Source of the DNA: an uncultured cyanobacterium
Lineage (GTDB): Bacteria; Cyanobacteriota; Cyanobacteriia; Pseudanabaenales; Pseudanabaenaceae
NCBI GenBank assembly: GCA_963703315.1
Contig: OY969811.1
Location: 32,001 to 96,000 of the forward strand
Direction: 5' to 3'
DNA length: 64,000 nucleotides
A model generated the notes under the pieces. The model made no database searches. It was not told the DNA's origin and saw only the letters and a program-made list of their open reading frames with translations. Position 1 is the stretch's first letter. The number at the start of each line of letters is the position of its first letter. Position numbers and translations under genes: made by a program. Shown one piece after another: positions 1 to 10,197 of the stretch.

Positions 1-28
1 CATCAATATCCATCAGGAGATCAAGAAA

Positions 29-958
29 ATGGCGACAGGAAGCTTAAGTTCCAAATTTTCGGCTAACAAGATAGGTGAATGGTTTCAGCAGCAGGCTAGA
101 TTTATTATCCCGCCCGTCATAGCTTTAATATTTATTTTAGGAACATGGCAAATTCTTTGCTCAGGCAAAACCCCACCATTGCCACCACCGACCAAAGTTT
201 GGCAAGAGACTCAAGAATATATTTGGAATCCTTTCTTCGATCGCGATTATTTTGATGTCAGTGCAGCAGACAAAACTGATAGTCCTGCCCGTCAAGAGTT
301 AAAGGAAAAACTCACCATCGAAAAAGGTTTGGGCATAAAAACGATGGTCAGCTTACGGCGTGTAGCGATCGGCTATACTGCTTCCGCGATTATTGGGATT
401 TCCTTTGGCATTGCGATCGGTACAAACGTATTCCTCTATCGCGCCTTTGACCCGATTTTCCAAGTTTTACGCACGATTCCACCCCTTGCATGGCTACCGA
501 TCGCCATGTCCGCATTCCAAGGTGTGAATGAATCCCTGAAATCCGTTGGTTTAGATGTTACAGAAGCCGCCGCTTTATTCGTAATTTTTGTAACTTCGAT
601 TTGGCCGATTCTGATGAACACGGCAGTTGGGGTACAGCAAGTTCCCCAAGACTATCGCAACGTTTCGCGTGTATTACGTTTGAGCAAGTTTGATTACTTC
701 ATTACGATCCTGATGCCCTCGGCAGCACCCTATATTTTCACAGGTTTACGGATTGCTGTGGGTCTATCTTGGTTAGCGATCGTGGCGGCAGAAATGTTGA
801 CTGGTGGCGTAGGTATCGGCTTCTTTATTTGGGATAGTTACAACAGCCAAAAGAGCAGCGAATTAATTCTGGCGCTTGTGTACATTGGCTTAGTCGGATT
901 TTTGCTAGATAAAGTTGTTTACTACGTCAGCAAATTAGTTGCTCAGTCGGATGCCTAA
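29..958 (+). CDS. nrtB: Nitrate/nitrite ABC transporter permease
   Basis: Multi-TM ABC permease with PIFQVLRTIPPLAWLPIA and WLAIVAAEML motifs; in a cluster with narB. Confidence 0.88.
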   Translation: MATGSLSSKFSANKIGEWFQQQARFIIPPVIALIFILGTWQILCSGKTPPLPPPTKVWQETQEYIWNPFFDRDYFDVSAADKTDSPARQELKEKLTIEKGLGIKTMVSLRRVAIGYTASAIIGISFGIAIGTNVFLYRAFDPIFQVLRTIPPLAWLPIAMSAFQGVNESLKSVGLDVTEAAALFVIFVTSIWPILMNTAVGVQQVPQDYRNVSRVLRLSKFDYFITILMPSAAPYIFTGLRIAVGLSWLAIVAAEMLTGGVGIGFFIWDSYNSQKSSELILALVYIGLVGFLLDKVVYYVSKLVAQSDA

Positions 959-962
959 ATCC

Positions 963-990
963 GTAGGGTCAATTCATGAATTGCCCCTAC
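963..990. repeat. GTAG-type REP-like palindrome GTAGGGTCAATTCATGAATTGCCCCTAC
   Basis: Near-perfect 28-bp palindrome with GTAG/CTAC ends; related core at 43949-43966. Confidence 0.7.
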
Positions 991-1031
991 AGAATGTAAT
1001 TCCTTTTTTGAACTTCACTCATTACTCTCCT

Positions 1032-1868
1032 ATGCAGACTCTCGATCTTACAGACAATCAGCAGAAAAGAAATCAAGACCCCTTTCTGGTCATGGACGGA
1101 GTTTCTAAGGTCTATCCAACACCTAACGGACCTTATACCGTTCTTCAAGATGTTAACTTGACGATCTATGAAGGAGAGTTTATCTGCATCATTGGTCACT
1201 CTGGCTGTGGTAAATCCACACTACTCAACATGGTGGCTGGTTTTAATAGACCGACATCTGGCGAAATTTGTTTGCGATCGAAGCCAATTGTGCGCCCAGG
1301 TCCCGATCGCATGGTGGTCTTCCAAAACTATTCGCTCTTGCCTTGGATGAGTGCCTTTGAGAATGTCTACCTTGCCGTGAAGCAGGTTTATACCGACAAA
1401 TCCAAGGAAGAGAAAATCGCGATCGCCAAGAAGAGTTTAGAGTTAGTTGGCTTAACCGAAGCCATGCATAAAAGACCGAAAGAACTCTCAGGCGGGATGC
1501 GTCAGAGGGTCTCGATCGCCCGCGCTTTATCGATCCGTCCTGAAGTGCTGATCCTTGACGAACCTTTCGGTGCATTGGATGTCATGACCCGTGAAGAATT
1601 GCAGGAAGAATTACTGGCAATCTGGCGTGAAAATCGAGTGACCGCCTTGATGATCACCCATGAAATCGATGAAGCACTGTTCCTTGCCGATCGCATTGTG
1701 ATGATGAGCAATGGTCCCGCCGCCAATATTGCCGAAGTGATCGATGTCCCCTTTGCCCGTCCCCGCAATCGTAAAGCGATCGCCGATGATCCTCGCTACT
1801 ACACTCTGCGTAACTACATTCTCGAATTTCTCTATAACCGCTTTGCGTTGGCAGATGAAGCTGATTGA
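1032..1868 (+). CDS. nrtD: Nitrate ABC transporter ATP-binding protein (short, NrtD-type)
   Basis: Walker A GHSGCGKST, LSGGMRQR signature, ILDEPFGALD, no C-terminal extension; ATG at 1032 preferred over the ORF-track start inside nrtB. Confidence 0.8.
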   Translation: MQTLDLTDNQQKRNQDPFLVMDGVSKVYPTPNGPYTVLQDVNLTIYEGEFICIIGHSGCGKSTLLNMVAGFNRPTSGEICLRSKPIVRPGPDRMVVFQNYSLLPWMSAFENVYLAVKQVYTDKSKEEKIAIAKKSLELVGLTEAMHKRPKELSGGMRQRVSIARALSIRPEVLILDEPFGALDVMTREELQEELLAIWRENRVTALMITHEIDEALFLADRIVMMSNGPAANIAEVIDVPFARPRNRKAIADDPRYYTLRNYILEFLYNRFALADEAD

Positions 1869-1870
1869 TA

Positions 1871-1961
1871 AATTACGAATTACGAATTACGAATTTCTAA
1901 TTTGTAATTTGTAATTCGTAATTCCTAATTTTTAATCCCCAATTACCAATCCCCAATTACC
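1871..1961. repeat. Short tandem heptamer repeats (AATTACG x3, inverted TGTAATT/CGTAATT, CCCCAAT)
   Basis: Directly visible; STRR-like repeats typical of filamentous cyanobacteria. Confidence 0.75.
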
Positions 1962-3983
1962 ATGTCCAAATTCCTTGAAATCGATCACGTCAGTCGTATT
2001 TTCAAAACCCAGAATGGGAAGCCTTATGTTGCGGTTAAAGATGTCTACTTTGAGATGAAAGAAGGCGAGTTTGTCTCGATTATTGGACATTCTGGCTGTG
2101 GAAAATCAACGGTTCTGAATATCTTGTCTGGGCTGGATAAGGCAAGTGCGGGCGGTATTGTTTTAGAAGGGCGCGAAATTCGGGAACCAGGTCCTGATCG
2201 GATGTTGGTGTTTCAAAACCATTCGCTATTGCCTTGGTTAACAGTGCGTCAAAATATTGGTTTGGCAGTTAATCGGGTTTTGAGAGATTTGCCAAAGGAA
2301 GAACGCAACCGCATTATTCAGGAAAATATTGATCTGGTTGGTTTAAGTCATGCGGCTGATAAGTATCCTAGAGAGATTTCGGGCGGGATGAAGCAACGGG
2401 TAGGTATTGCTCGCGCTTTATCAATTAAGCCCAAAATTCTCTTGCTAGATGAACCCTTTGGCGCATTGGATGCCCTAACCAGAGGTCGTTTGCAAGAGAA
2501 GTTAATGCAGATCTGTAATGAGCATAAAATCTCGGCGGTAATGATTACCCATGATGTTGATGAAGCTCTGTTATTAAGCGATCGCATTGTGATGATGACC
2601 AATGGTCCCGAAGCCAAAATTGGTCAAGTCCTTACCGTCGATCTGCCCCATCCCCGCAAAAAACTAGAAGCAGTTAATCATCCTAATTACTATCGTCTGC
2701 GCGGTGAAGTTGTTAACTTTCTTGATCGCCAGAAGCAAATTAAGCTGGAGCGGGCTAGAAACAAGAGCAATGCTGCGATCAGTCTCGGCAATATCGAGAA
2801 GACCAATCTCACCATTGGCTATATTGCTCTTACCGATTGCGCTCCCTTTGCGATCGCTCAAGAAAAAGGTCTATTTGCTAAATATGGACTTGATGTTACG
2901 CTCTCCAAAGAAAATAGTTGGAATGATCTAGCAGAGGGAATTCGCGAAGGGCGTTTAGATGCCGCGCAAATGGTCACAGGTATGCCCCTTGCGATCACTT
3001 TAGGCATGGGAAATCAAATTCCTGTACCTGTAGTGACTTCCTTAACGTTAAGTCGCAATGGCAATGCGATTACCCTCGGTAAAAGGCTCCAAAATGAAGG
3101 TGTCCATGATCTCGCATCACTCAAAGCTTACATTTTAGAAAAATACCAAGATGCTTATAACCCTGCATTGGGGATGGTGCATCATGCCTCTATGCATAAT
3201 CTCCTATTGCGTCACTGGCTGGCTAGTGGTGGCATTGAACCCGACAAGGATGTGGATGTGATTGTGATTCCGCCGCCACAGATGGTCTCGAACCTGATGG
3301 CAAATAATATCATCGGTTACTGTGTTGGTGAACCTTGGAATGTCCGTGCGGTAAATGATAACGTCGGTTTCGTTGTCGCCACTGACCTTGATATTTGGCG
3401 TGGACATCCAGAAAAAGTCCTCGGAGTTCGCAAAGACTGGGCAGAACAATATCCCAATACTCACCTTGAAGTTGTGAAGGCATTGCTAGAAGCCTGTCAG
3501 TTCTGTGAACCCCTACAAAATCGCGATGAAGTCGTCTTGACTCTCGCCAAGCCCAATTATCTCAATCTCGATCCTGTGTACATTCGCCCTGGATTTGCAG
3601 GACCTTATCGAGTTAGCACTACAACCGCAAAATACGATCAAGATTTCTGCCAATTTGGCGTGAGTAATATGCCTTCACGCAAAGAGCATCTGTGGGTGTT
3701 AACGCAAATGGCGCGTTGGGGACTAGTTCATTTCCCCGAAAACTATGCTGAGGTAATCTATAATCTGCTTGCTACGGATGTGTATAACCAAGCCGCCAAA
3801 GAATTAGAATTACCTTACGAGCAAGAAGACAAGGAGCTAATTTTACTGGCAGATGGCTCTACCTTTGATCCAAGTGACCCGATCGCAGCATTGCAATCCA
3901 TGCCATACTCACGATTTACTGAGACTAGCTATTTTGATCCCGTTAAAGGTTTCGCCACCAAAAAAGTAGCTGTTCGCCAATAG
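1962..3983 (+). CDS. nrtC: Nitrate ABC transporter ATP-binding protein with C-terminal NrtA-like regulatory domain
   Basis: N-terminal ABC ATPase plus ~400-aa binding-protein-like domain (IGYIALTDCAP, GYCVGEPWN, HPEKVLG). Confidence 0.88.
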   Translation: MSKFLEIDHVSRIFKTQNGKPYVAVKDVYFEMKEGEFVSIIGHSGCGKSTVLNILSGLDKASAGGIVLEGREIREPGPDRMLVFQNHSLLPWLTVRQNIGLAVNRVLRDLPKEERNRIIQENIDLVGLSHAADKYPREISGGMKQRVGIARALSIKPKILLLDEPFGALDALTRGRLQEKLMQICNEHKISAVMITHDVDEALLLSDRIVMMTNGPEAKIGQVLTVDLPHPRKKLEAVNHPNYYRLRGEVVNFLDRQKQIKLERARNKSNAAISLGNIEKTNLTIGYIALTDCAPFAIAQEKGLFAKYGLDVTLSKENSWNDLAEGIREGRLDAAQMVTGMPLAITLGMGNQIPVPVVTSLTLSRNGNAITLGKRLQNEGVHDLASLKAYILEKYQDAYNPALGMVHHASMHNLLLRHWLASGGIEPDKDVDVIVIPPPQMVSNLMANNIIGYCVGEPWNVRAVNDNVGFVVATDLDIWRGHPEKVLGVRKDWAEQYPNTHLEVVKALLEACQFCEPLQNRDEVVLTLAKPNYLNLDPVYIRPGFAGPYRVSTTTAKYDQDFCQFGVSNMPSRKEHLWVLTQMARWGLVHFPENYAEVIYNLLATDVYNQAAKELELPYEQEDKELILLADGSTFDPSDPIAALQSMPYSRFTETSYFDPVKGFATKKVAVRQ

Positions 3984-3998
3984 CTAAACACTTTGTCT

Positions 3999-6170
3999 AT
4001 GTCTGCAACCACTTCTGTTTTAACCAATACCACACCTCAAATCGTCAAAACCCTTTGCCCCTACTGCGGTGTTGGTTGCGGTTTAGAAGTGGTGGAAACT
4101 ACTAAAGAACCCACGATCAAATTTCCCGATCGCTTTAAAGTCCGAGGCGATCGCGATCATCCTTCTAGTCAAGGCATGGTTTGTGTCAAAGGCGCAACCA
4201 TTGCCGAGTCTATTCAAAAAGATCGGCTCTTACATCCGATGATGCGCGATCGCCTCGATCAGGAATTTCGTCAAGTCAGTTGGGATGAGGCTCTTGAGAC
4301 GATTACGCAACGCATTCAGCAAGTGCTAGCCACCAAAGGTGCAGATGCTCTCTGTATGTATGGTTCGGGGCAGTTTCAAACCGAGGATTATTACACAGCC
4401 CAGAAATTATTTAAAGGTTGTTTAGGAACCAATAATTTTGATGCCAACTCCCGTCTCTGTATGTCTTCCGCCGTGTCAGGCTATGTTAAAAGTTTTGGCT
4501 CCGATGGACCTCCCTGCTGCTATGAAGATTTTGATTTAACTGATTGTCTGTTTGCGATCGGCACAAATACCGCCGAATGTCATCCGATTATTTTTAATCG
4601 CTTTCGCAAACGCCACAAAAAGAATCCCCATGTCAAGCTAATTGTCATTGATCCTCGGCGGACGCAAACTGCTGAGGTTGCCGACTTACACTTAGCGATT
4701 CAACCCGGCACTGATATTGATTTATTAAATGGCATTGCCCACCTGTTATTGAAATGGGAGAAATGCGATCGCCAATTCATCGAAAACCACACCACAGGCT
4801 TTAGCGAATTTACGGAAATCACCCAACTCTATACTCCCGAATTCGTGGCAAGACGCTGTGGAATTAGTGTAGAAGATTTGGAACTAGCCGCGAAATATTG
4901 GGCAGAATCGCAGCGAGTTCTCTCAATATGGTCAATGGGAGTCAATCAGTCCACTCAAGGCACTGCCAAAGTCCAATGTATTATTAATCTGCATTTACTT
5001 ACTGCTCAAATTGGCAAAGCAGGAACAGGCCCTTTTTCGCTCACTGGTCAGCCCAATGCAATGGGAGGCAGGGAAGCAGGAGGCTTAGCCCATTTATTAC
5101 CAGGCTATCGCTTTGTCACGAATCCTGAACATCGTGCGGAACTAGAAACATTTTGGAATTTGCCTACGGGACAAATTTCCTCTCAAGTTGGACGTACCGC
5201 ATGGGATATGGTGCGCGGTTTAGAAACCGATGAAGTGGATTTGCTTTGGATTGCCGCCACTAATCCTGCGGTTAGTTTTCCTGACTTAGTACGAACTAAA
5301 GCGGCATTGAGGCGATCGCCTTTTACCGTTTATCAAGATGCCTATTACCCGACCGAAACTTCTGAATTCGCCCATATCTTGCTACCAGCAACCCAATGGA
5401 GCGAGAAGACTGGCACAATGACTAATTCTGAGCGTTGCGTTACGCTCTGTCAATCCTTTCAGCCTCCCCTCGGTGAATCCCTTGCTGATTGGGAAATTTT
5501 TGCCGCAGTTGGACGTAGATTAGGTTTTGCTGACAAATTCCCGTTCCAAAACTCCGCCGAGGTCTATGCCGAATTTGTGCAGATAACTCGCGATCGCCCC
5601 TGTGATATGACAGGTATCAGCCACGCTAAACTCACACAATTAGGCGCGATGCAATGGCAAGCTTCCGATCAACATCCTGAGCAAGATCAGGTTCACGATA
5701 AGCGTCTCTACACGGATTTACAGTTCTATACCCCTGACCGCAAAGCCAGATTTGGTATTTATCATTCCCAAGGTGTATTTGAAGTTCCCGATGAGCAGTA
5801 TCCATTTATTCTCACTACTGGCAGACTATACGGACATTGGCATACGCAAACTCGCACAGGTAGAATTGACAAGATTCGGCAAATGTATCCCAATCCATTT
5901 ATCGAAATCCATCCCAAGGATGCACATAAATTTGGTATTAATAACGGTGATCTAGTAGAAGTAAAGTCACGTCGCGGTTCTTCTAAGTTTCCTGCATTGG
6001 TGACGGAAGCGATCGCGCGAGGTGTATTATTTGTACCGATGCACTGGGGCGCACTCTGGGCAGACAATGCCGAAGCTAATGCCCTCACTCATCCTGAAGC
6101 TTGTCCCGACTCCAAGCAGCCAGAGTTAAAGGCTTGTGCAGTGGCGATCGCTCTAGTTAATTTGCATTAG
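3999..6170 (+). CDS. narB: Ferredoxin-dependent assimilatory nitrate reductase
   Basis: CPYCGVGCG Fe-S motif, [42 protein letters not shown]. Confidence 0.93.
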   Translation: MSATTSVLTNTTPQIVKTLCPYCGVGCGLEVVETTKEPTIKFPDRFKVRGDRDHPSSQGMVCVKGATIAESIQKDRLLHPMMRDRLDQEFRQVSWDEALETITQRIQQVLATKGADALCMYGSGQFQTEDYYTAQKLFKGCLGTNNFDANSRLCMSSAVSGYVKSFGSDGPPCCYEDFDLTDCLFAIGTNTAECHPIIFNRFRKRHKKNPHVKLIVIDPRRTQTAEVADLHLAIQPGTDIDLLNGIAHLLLKWEKCDRQFIENHTTGFSEFTEITQLYTPEFVARRCGISVEDLELAAKYWAESQRVLSIWSMGVNQSTQGTAKVQCIINLHLLTAQIGKAGTGPFSLTGQPNAMGGREAGGLAHLLPGYRFVTNPEHRAELETFWNLPTGQISSQVGRTAWDMVRGLETDEVDLLWIAATNPAVSFPDLVRTKAALRRSPFTVYQDAYYPTETSEFAHILLPATQWSEKTGTMTNSERCVTLCQSFQPPLGESLADWEIFAAVGRRLGFADKFPFQNSAEVYAEFVQITRDRPCDMTGISHAKLTQLGAMQWQASDQHPEQDQVHDKRLYTDLQFYTPDRKARFGIYHSQGVFEVPDEQYPFILTTGRLYGHWHTQTRTGRIDKIRQMYPNPFIEIHPKDAHKFGINNGDLVEVKSRRGSSKFPALVTEAIARGVLFVPMHWGALWADNAEANALTHPEACPDSKQPELKACAVAIALVNLH

Positions 6171-6386
6171 GAGAGAAGCTCTTGGTGTTTGTTATACAGT
6201 GCCACAATTAGCCGCATTGATGGTTGATTGTCAAAATCATGGCGATCTCCTTGATTTTGGCAGATAGTGAATACGCGATCGCTAAAATCCTCGATTCACA
6301 AAATAGTGGTAAAACTGCAACATTTTACTTTTTGGGTGAAATTTGCCATAATTAATTAAAACTTGCTAAATAATTAGTGAATTTAT

Positions 6387-6881
6387 ATGTCTTCTAAAGA
6401 TCTTGAGATGCTTGAGAAAAACATAGAGAGGTTACGTGAACAAATAGCGGGGGTGCAAGAAGCGCTGGTACTAGCTGAAAGACTTGACAAGCCCAGAATT
6501 AAGCAAGTAATTGGTAAATTACGTGAGGAACTTCTTGATTTTGAGCAGGAAAAGTGGAATCTGATTGCTGAGGTTACATCAGATGCAGAGATCGCTAATG
6601 ATGAAGCTGAGAACATCGTAGCGGAACTTGTGGCAAAAGCGACTAATCCTCCTGATGACGCTTCAACAGAAGTTTTGGCATTATTGCAACAAATCCTGAC
6701 GAAGATTAACGAACAAGATAAAACGGCGGCGGCAAAGTTAAAGGGGGCAATTTCACTTTTACCACCTTTTGTATCGCTGGTCTTTGAGACAGAAATGGAT
6801 ACAGAGAATACAGTTAAGAAATATTTTCCGACCTTTAGCCGTTGGATAAAAAAGGAGGCAGTAGGTCGCCTAAAAAAGTAG
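6387..6881 (+). CDS. Hypothetical helical/coiled-coil protein; probable N-terminal module of the downstream NB-ARC-TPR protein via -1 frameshift
   Basis: 164-aa ATG-started ORF ending CTA AAA AAG TAG and overlapping the next ORF in the -1 frame. Confidence 0.75.
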   Translation: MSSKDLEMLEKNIERLREQIAGVQEALVLAERLDKPRIKQVIGKLREELLDFEQEKWNLIAEVTSDAEIANDEAENIVAELVAKATNPPDDASTEVLALLQQILTKINEQDKTAAAKLKGAISLLPPFVSLVFETEMDTENTVKKYFPTFSRWIKKEAVGRLKK

Positions 6882-9232
6882 CTTTTCCAGAAGAGCATAA
6901 TTCTGCAAAATCTGGTATCAAAATAGCGCAAAACATACAAACTGCTTTAGAAAATCCTGTGGCTGGTGGTGATATTAATGCACCCATCACACAGAAAATC
7001 GAGAACAACCCAAATAAGGTAGCTGAAAATATAGGGGTGCTGGCTCAGTCGGGTAGCAACGTAACTATTCAAAACCTGAATGTTGCTAGTAGCACACCAC
7101 AACTAGACGCTAATCCCTTTGCGCCGCCATCTGTGCGTGATAGTGGATTGTTTGGACGAGTGGACGATCTAAAACGATTGCATGAGTTGTTGCAAGGTGG
7201 AAAAAATGTCTGCGTGGTCACAGGTATGGGCGGTGCGGGCAAGACAGAACTGGTACGGGATTATGCGGGTAGTGCGGAATGTCGCGAGTTATTTGCGGGT
7301 GGGGTGTTTTATGTAGTTGTGCGCGATCGCCAAAATTTAGCGGCGGAAATTGTCACTTTGACTGAATGGCGGTTTAAGAGTCCGTTGCCCAAAAATTTGA
7401 CACTGAAACAGCAAGTTAAGGCTTGTTGGGATGTATGGAAACGTCAAAATGTAAAGTCATTGTTGATTTTAGATGATGTGTCTAAGTTGGCGGAGAATGT
7501 GAAACCCTATTTGCCAACCTCAGATTTGACATCGTTGCGCCTATTGATGACTTCGCGGGAAAGCCCAGACAGTGCTATTCAAAAGTTAGAACTACAGGAG
7601 TTATTGCCTGATCCTGCAAGGGAATTTTTGGCTTCAATTATTGGGGCGGCGCGGGTAGAACAGGAAAGCGAGCAAGCCGATTTGCTCTGTGAGGATTTGG
7701 GGTATTTGCCTTTGGCGTTGGAACTAGTGGGCTATTACTTGATAGATGATGACAATACTGAATTGTCACTGGCAGCGATGCGGGGCAAGTTACAGGAAAA
7801 GGTAAATCATGCTTCTCTCTCTCCTGAAGATATGCCGATGGGGATAGCTGCGGAAAGAGGTGTGATGGCTGCGTTTGACTTGAGTTGGGAGGAGTTGAAA
7901 ACAGAAGCGCAATATCTCGCCTGTGTATTAGGGGCATTTGCATCGGCTCCGATAGATTGGAGTCATGTGGAAGGCATATATGTTAAGTCGCAAGGAGAAG
8001 CATTTAATCCTGATAATCTAAAAGAGCGCTGGTTAAAATCCTTACTGAAACTACATTTAGTCAAGAAAACAGAGTCAGGTATTTTCGTTCTACATTCTCT
8101 CCTACGAGACTATTTTACTTCACAACTAAATAAGCATAGTGATCGAAGCCAAATTTTGTCTTCTTTTATCGCTGTCTTTGTCGATGTAGCAAAAATTATC
8201 GAGTTATATACAACTCTCGCAATTTTCAAACGACTCGAACCCCAACTTAAACAAATCATCTCTCTTCAAAATAACAAGGAAGATCCGCAACTTGCTATTT
8301 GCTTGAATGGCTTGGCAGGACTATATCAATCGCAAGGTAAGTACGGAGAAGCAGAACCACTCTTTGTTCATGCTCTATTGATTCGGGAAAAAAGACTAGG
8401 AGCATATCATCCCAATGTTGCAACCAGCCTTAACAATCTAGGATTACTGTACGAATCGCAGGGGAAGTATAGAGACGCAGAATTGTTCTATTTGCGATCA
8501 ATCGAAATTTATACAAGACAATTTGGCGTAGACCATCTCACTATCGCAGACAGTTTTAATAATTTGGCAGAACTATACCATACGCAAGGAAGGTACAACG
8601 AGGCACAACCTCTTTTTGTAAAATCTCTTTTAATTTATGAAAAAGAACTTGGTGCAGATCATCTTAATGTTGCTATTGTTCTTAATAATTTGGCATTACT
8701 TTATCAAACTCAAAAGAAATATAGCAAAGCAGAACCACTATTTGTAAAATCACTCTCAATCAGGAAACTGAGACTAGGAGTAGACAATTTGCTTGTCGCT
8801 ACTAGTCTAAATAATTTGGCATTACTTTATAAAGATCAAGGGAAGTACAACGAGGCAGAACCACTCTTCGTGCAATTACTTGAGATTTTAAGAGGACAGC
8901 TAGGAGAAAAACATCCTACCTTTGCTAATAGTCTAAACAATCTGGCATCACTTTACGATTTGCAGAAAAAGTATAGTGAGTCAGAACCTCTATATGTTCG
9001 ATCACTCGAAATTAAAAAACTTACATATCAAGGAGATCACCCTGAAATTGCAATAAGCATGAACAATTTAGCACTATGTTATAGATTTCAAGGAAACTAC
9101 GGCAAGGCAGAACAGTTCTATGTAGGAGCGATCCAGATTCTTGAACAAACATTTGGCTCTAATCATCCCAGCACGATACAAGTGAGCGAAAACTATAGGC
9201 TCTTACGCAATGCAATGTATGAATCCTCATAA
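6842..9232 (+). CDS. NB-ARC (STAND NTPase) plus TPR repeat protein, bacterial NLR-like
   Basis: Walker A GMGGAGKT, Walker B LLILDDV, LLMTSR, GYLPLALEL, LHSLL, then seven ~42-aa TPRs (SLNNLAxLYxxQGKY); first in-frame ATG lies within Walker A. Confidence 0.88.
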   Translation: MDKKGGSRSPKKVAFPEEHNSAKSGIKIAQNIQTALENPVAGGDINAPITQKIENNPNKVAENIGVLAQSGSNVTIQNLNVASSTPQLDANPFAPPSVRDSGLFGRVDDLKRLHELLQGGKNVCVVTGMGGAGKTELVRDYAGSAECRELFAGGVFYVVVRDRQNLAAEIVTLTEWRFKSPLPKNLTLKQQVKACWDVWKRQNVKSLLILDDVSKLAENVKPYLPTSDLTSLRLLMTSRESPDSAIQKLELQELLPDPAREFLASIIGAARVEQESEQADLLCEDLGYLPLALELVGYYLIDDDNTELSLAAMRGKLQEKVNHASLSPEDMPMGIAAERGVMAAFDLSWEELKTEAQYLACVLGAFASAPIDWSHVEGIYVKSQGEAFNPDNLKERWLKSLLKLHLVKKTESGIFVLHSLLRDYFTSQLNKHSDRSQILSSFIAVFVDVAKIIELYTTLAIFKRLEPQLKQIISLQNNKEDPQLAICLNGLAGLYQSQGKYGEAEPLFVHALLIREKRLGAYHPNVATSLNNLGLLYESQGKYRDAELFYLRSIEIYTRQFGVDHLTIADSFNNLAELYHTQGRYNEAQPLFVKSLLIYEKELGADHLNVAIVLNNLALLYQTQKKYSKAEPLFVKSLSIRKLRLGVDNLLVATSLNNLALLYKDQGKYNEAEPLFVQLLEILRGQLGEKHPTFANSLNNLASLYDLQKKYSESEPLYVRSLEIKKLTYQGDHPEIAISMNNLALCYRFQGNYGKAEQFYVGAIQILEQTFGSNHPSTIQVSENYRLLRNAMYESS
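6853..6910 (+). promoter_or_regulatory. Putative programmed -1 ribosomal frameshift signal: internal SD AGGAGG, slippery A_AAA_AAG, 3' hairpin
   Basis: AGGAGG at 6853-6858; A AAA AAG at 6872-6878 in the correct phase; TTTTCCAGAA-N8-TTCTGCAAAA at 6883-6910. Confidence 0.72.
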
Positions 9233-9305
9233 ATTTGGCACAAAACTCTATAACAGTAAGGCATATAAAACGATACCAATCCTCAAAGTAACAGAAGAAA
9301 AATAT

Positions 9306-9626
9306 ATGAAAACCAAAGATATTTCGGCTAAATCTATGAATGTACTTAAATTGCGATCTAATCACCCAGAATCGATCAAGGAAATGATCGAAAGTGACCT
9401 CGCTAAAAGGTTACAAATCATTGAAGTAGCAATACAAACTACCCACAAAAAACTAAAACAGTTTGAATCCCAATATCAGTGGTCAACTGAAAAATTCGTT
9501 AATCTCTTCACCAGTGATCAATTGCAACATAGTCTAGATTTTGATGAATGGCTAGGAGAAGCGTGGATGTTAGAAAAATTGCAACAAAAACAAGCAATCA
9601 TCAAGGAGATCGAATTTGTTGATTGA
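9306..9626 (+). CDS. Putative antitoxin partner of the DUF6516/TumE toxin
   Basis: Small ORF (LKQFESQYQWSTEKF...DFDEW) overlapping the downstream toxin-like gene; start uncertain (9306 or 9336). Confidence 0.6.
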   Translation: MKTKDISAKSMNVLKLRSNHPESIKEMIESDLAKRLQIIEVAIQTTHKKLKQFESQYQWSTEKFVNLFTSDQLQHSLDFDEWLGEAWMLEKLQQKQAIIKEIEFVD

Positions 9627-10005
9627 TAACTATTTTGAACGCATTAGGAGTGTACTTTCCCAGCCTTCAATTATTCAAAAAGTTGAACTTGAGACAGAAA
9701 AGCGCACAGATACACTTGGTTTTATTAGAGGTAATGTCTATTTTAAAGATGGCTCATTACTGCATATTCGAGAATTTGTTGATGTAGAAACATCCATTGA
9801 CAGAGGCAAATATACTTATCAGTACATGAATAAAGAAGGCGATCTAATTTTTCGTTATGACAATGCTCTCCATCATCAAAAGCTAAACCTGTCAACATTT
9901 CCCCACCACAAACATGATCGCCATGAAGACAATATAGTTATTTCGACTGCTCCTTTACTAGAGGCTATTTTCCAAGAAATAGAAAGAATTATAAGCCAAT
10001 ATTAA
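9616..10005 (+). CDS. DUF6516 / TumE-family toxin-antitoxin protein
   Basis: FKDGSLLHIREF, YTYQY, IFRYDNALHH, TFPHHKH motifs. Confidence 0.72.
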   Translation: MLIDNYFERIRSVLSQPSIIQKVELETEKRTDTLGFIRGNVYFKDGSLLHIREFVDVETSIDRGKYTYQYMNKEGDLIFRYDNALHHQKLNLSTFPHHKHDRHEDNIVISTAPLLEAIFQEIERIISQY

Positions 10006-10197
10006 TAATGCCATCACCTATCCTGAAGCTGATCGCTATTCTAAGCAACCAGATTTAAAGGATTGTGCTGTAGCGATCGCTTCTTGTTAATTGCCTTAGT
10101 AGATTTGTAGCACCAAAGTGTTTCCCTAAGACTGATGTAAAATGAAAATATCAGTAGACTTGGTAGTGATGTTCCACTGATTTAGGAGATATATGCG

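Noticed and set aside
939..1031. ORF-track 5' extensions (nrtD 939, trpS 39326, psbA 48521, ndk 49099, 40769, 30412)
   Set aside because: They run through repeats, UTRs or adjacent genes; downstream ATGs match the family N-termini
6842..6844. TTG 6842 as independent start of the NB-ARC-TPR ORF
   Set aside because: No SD upstream of it; the SD lies downstream, positioned for the slippery site. Disfavoured but not formally excluded
6383..6940. 185-aa antisense ORF
   Set aside because: Mirror of the 6387-6881 gene on the opposite strand
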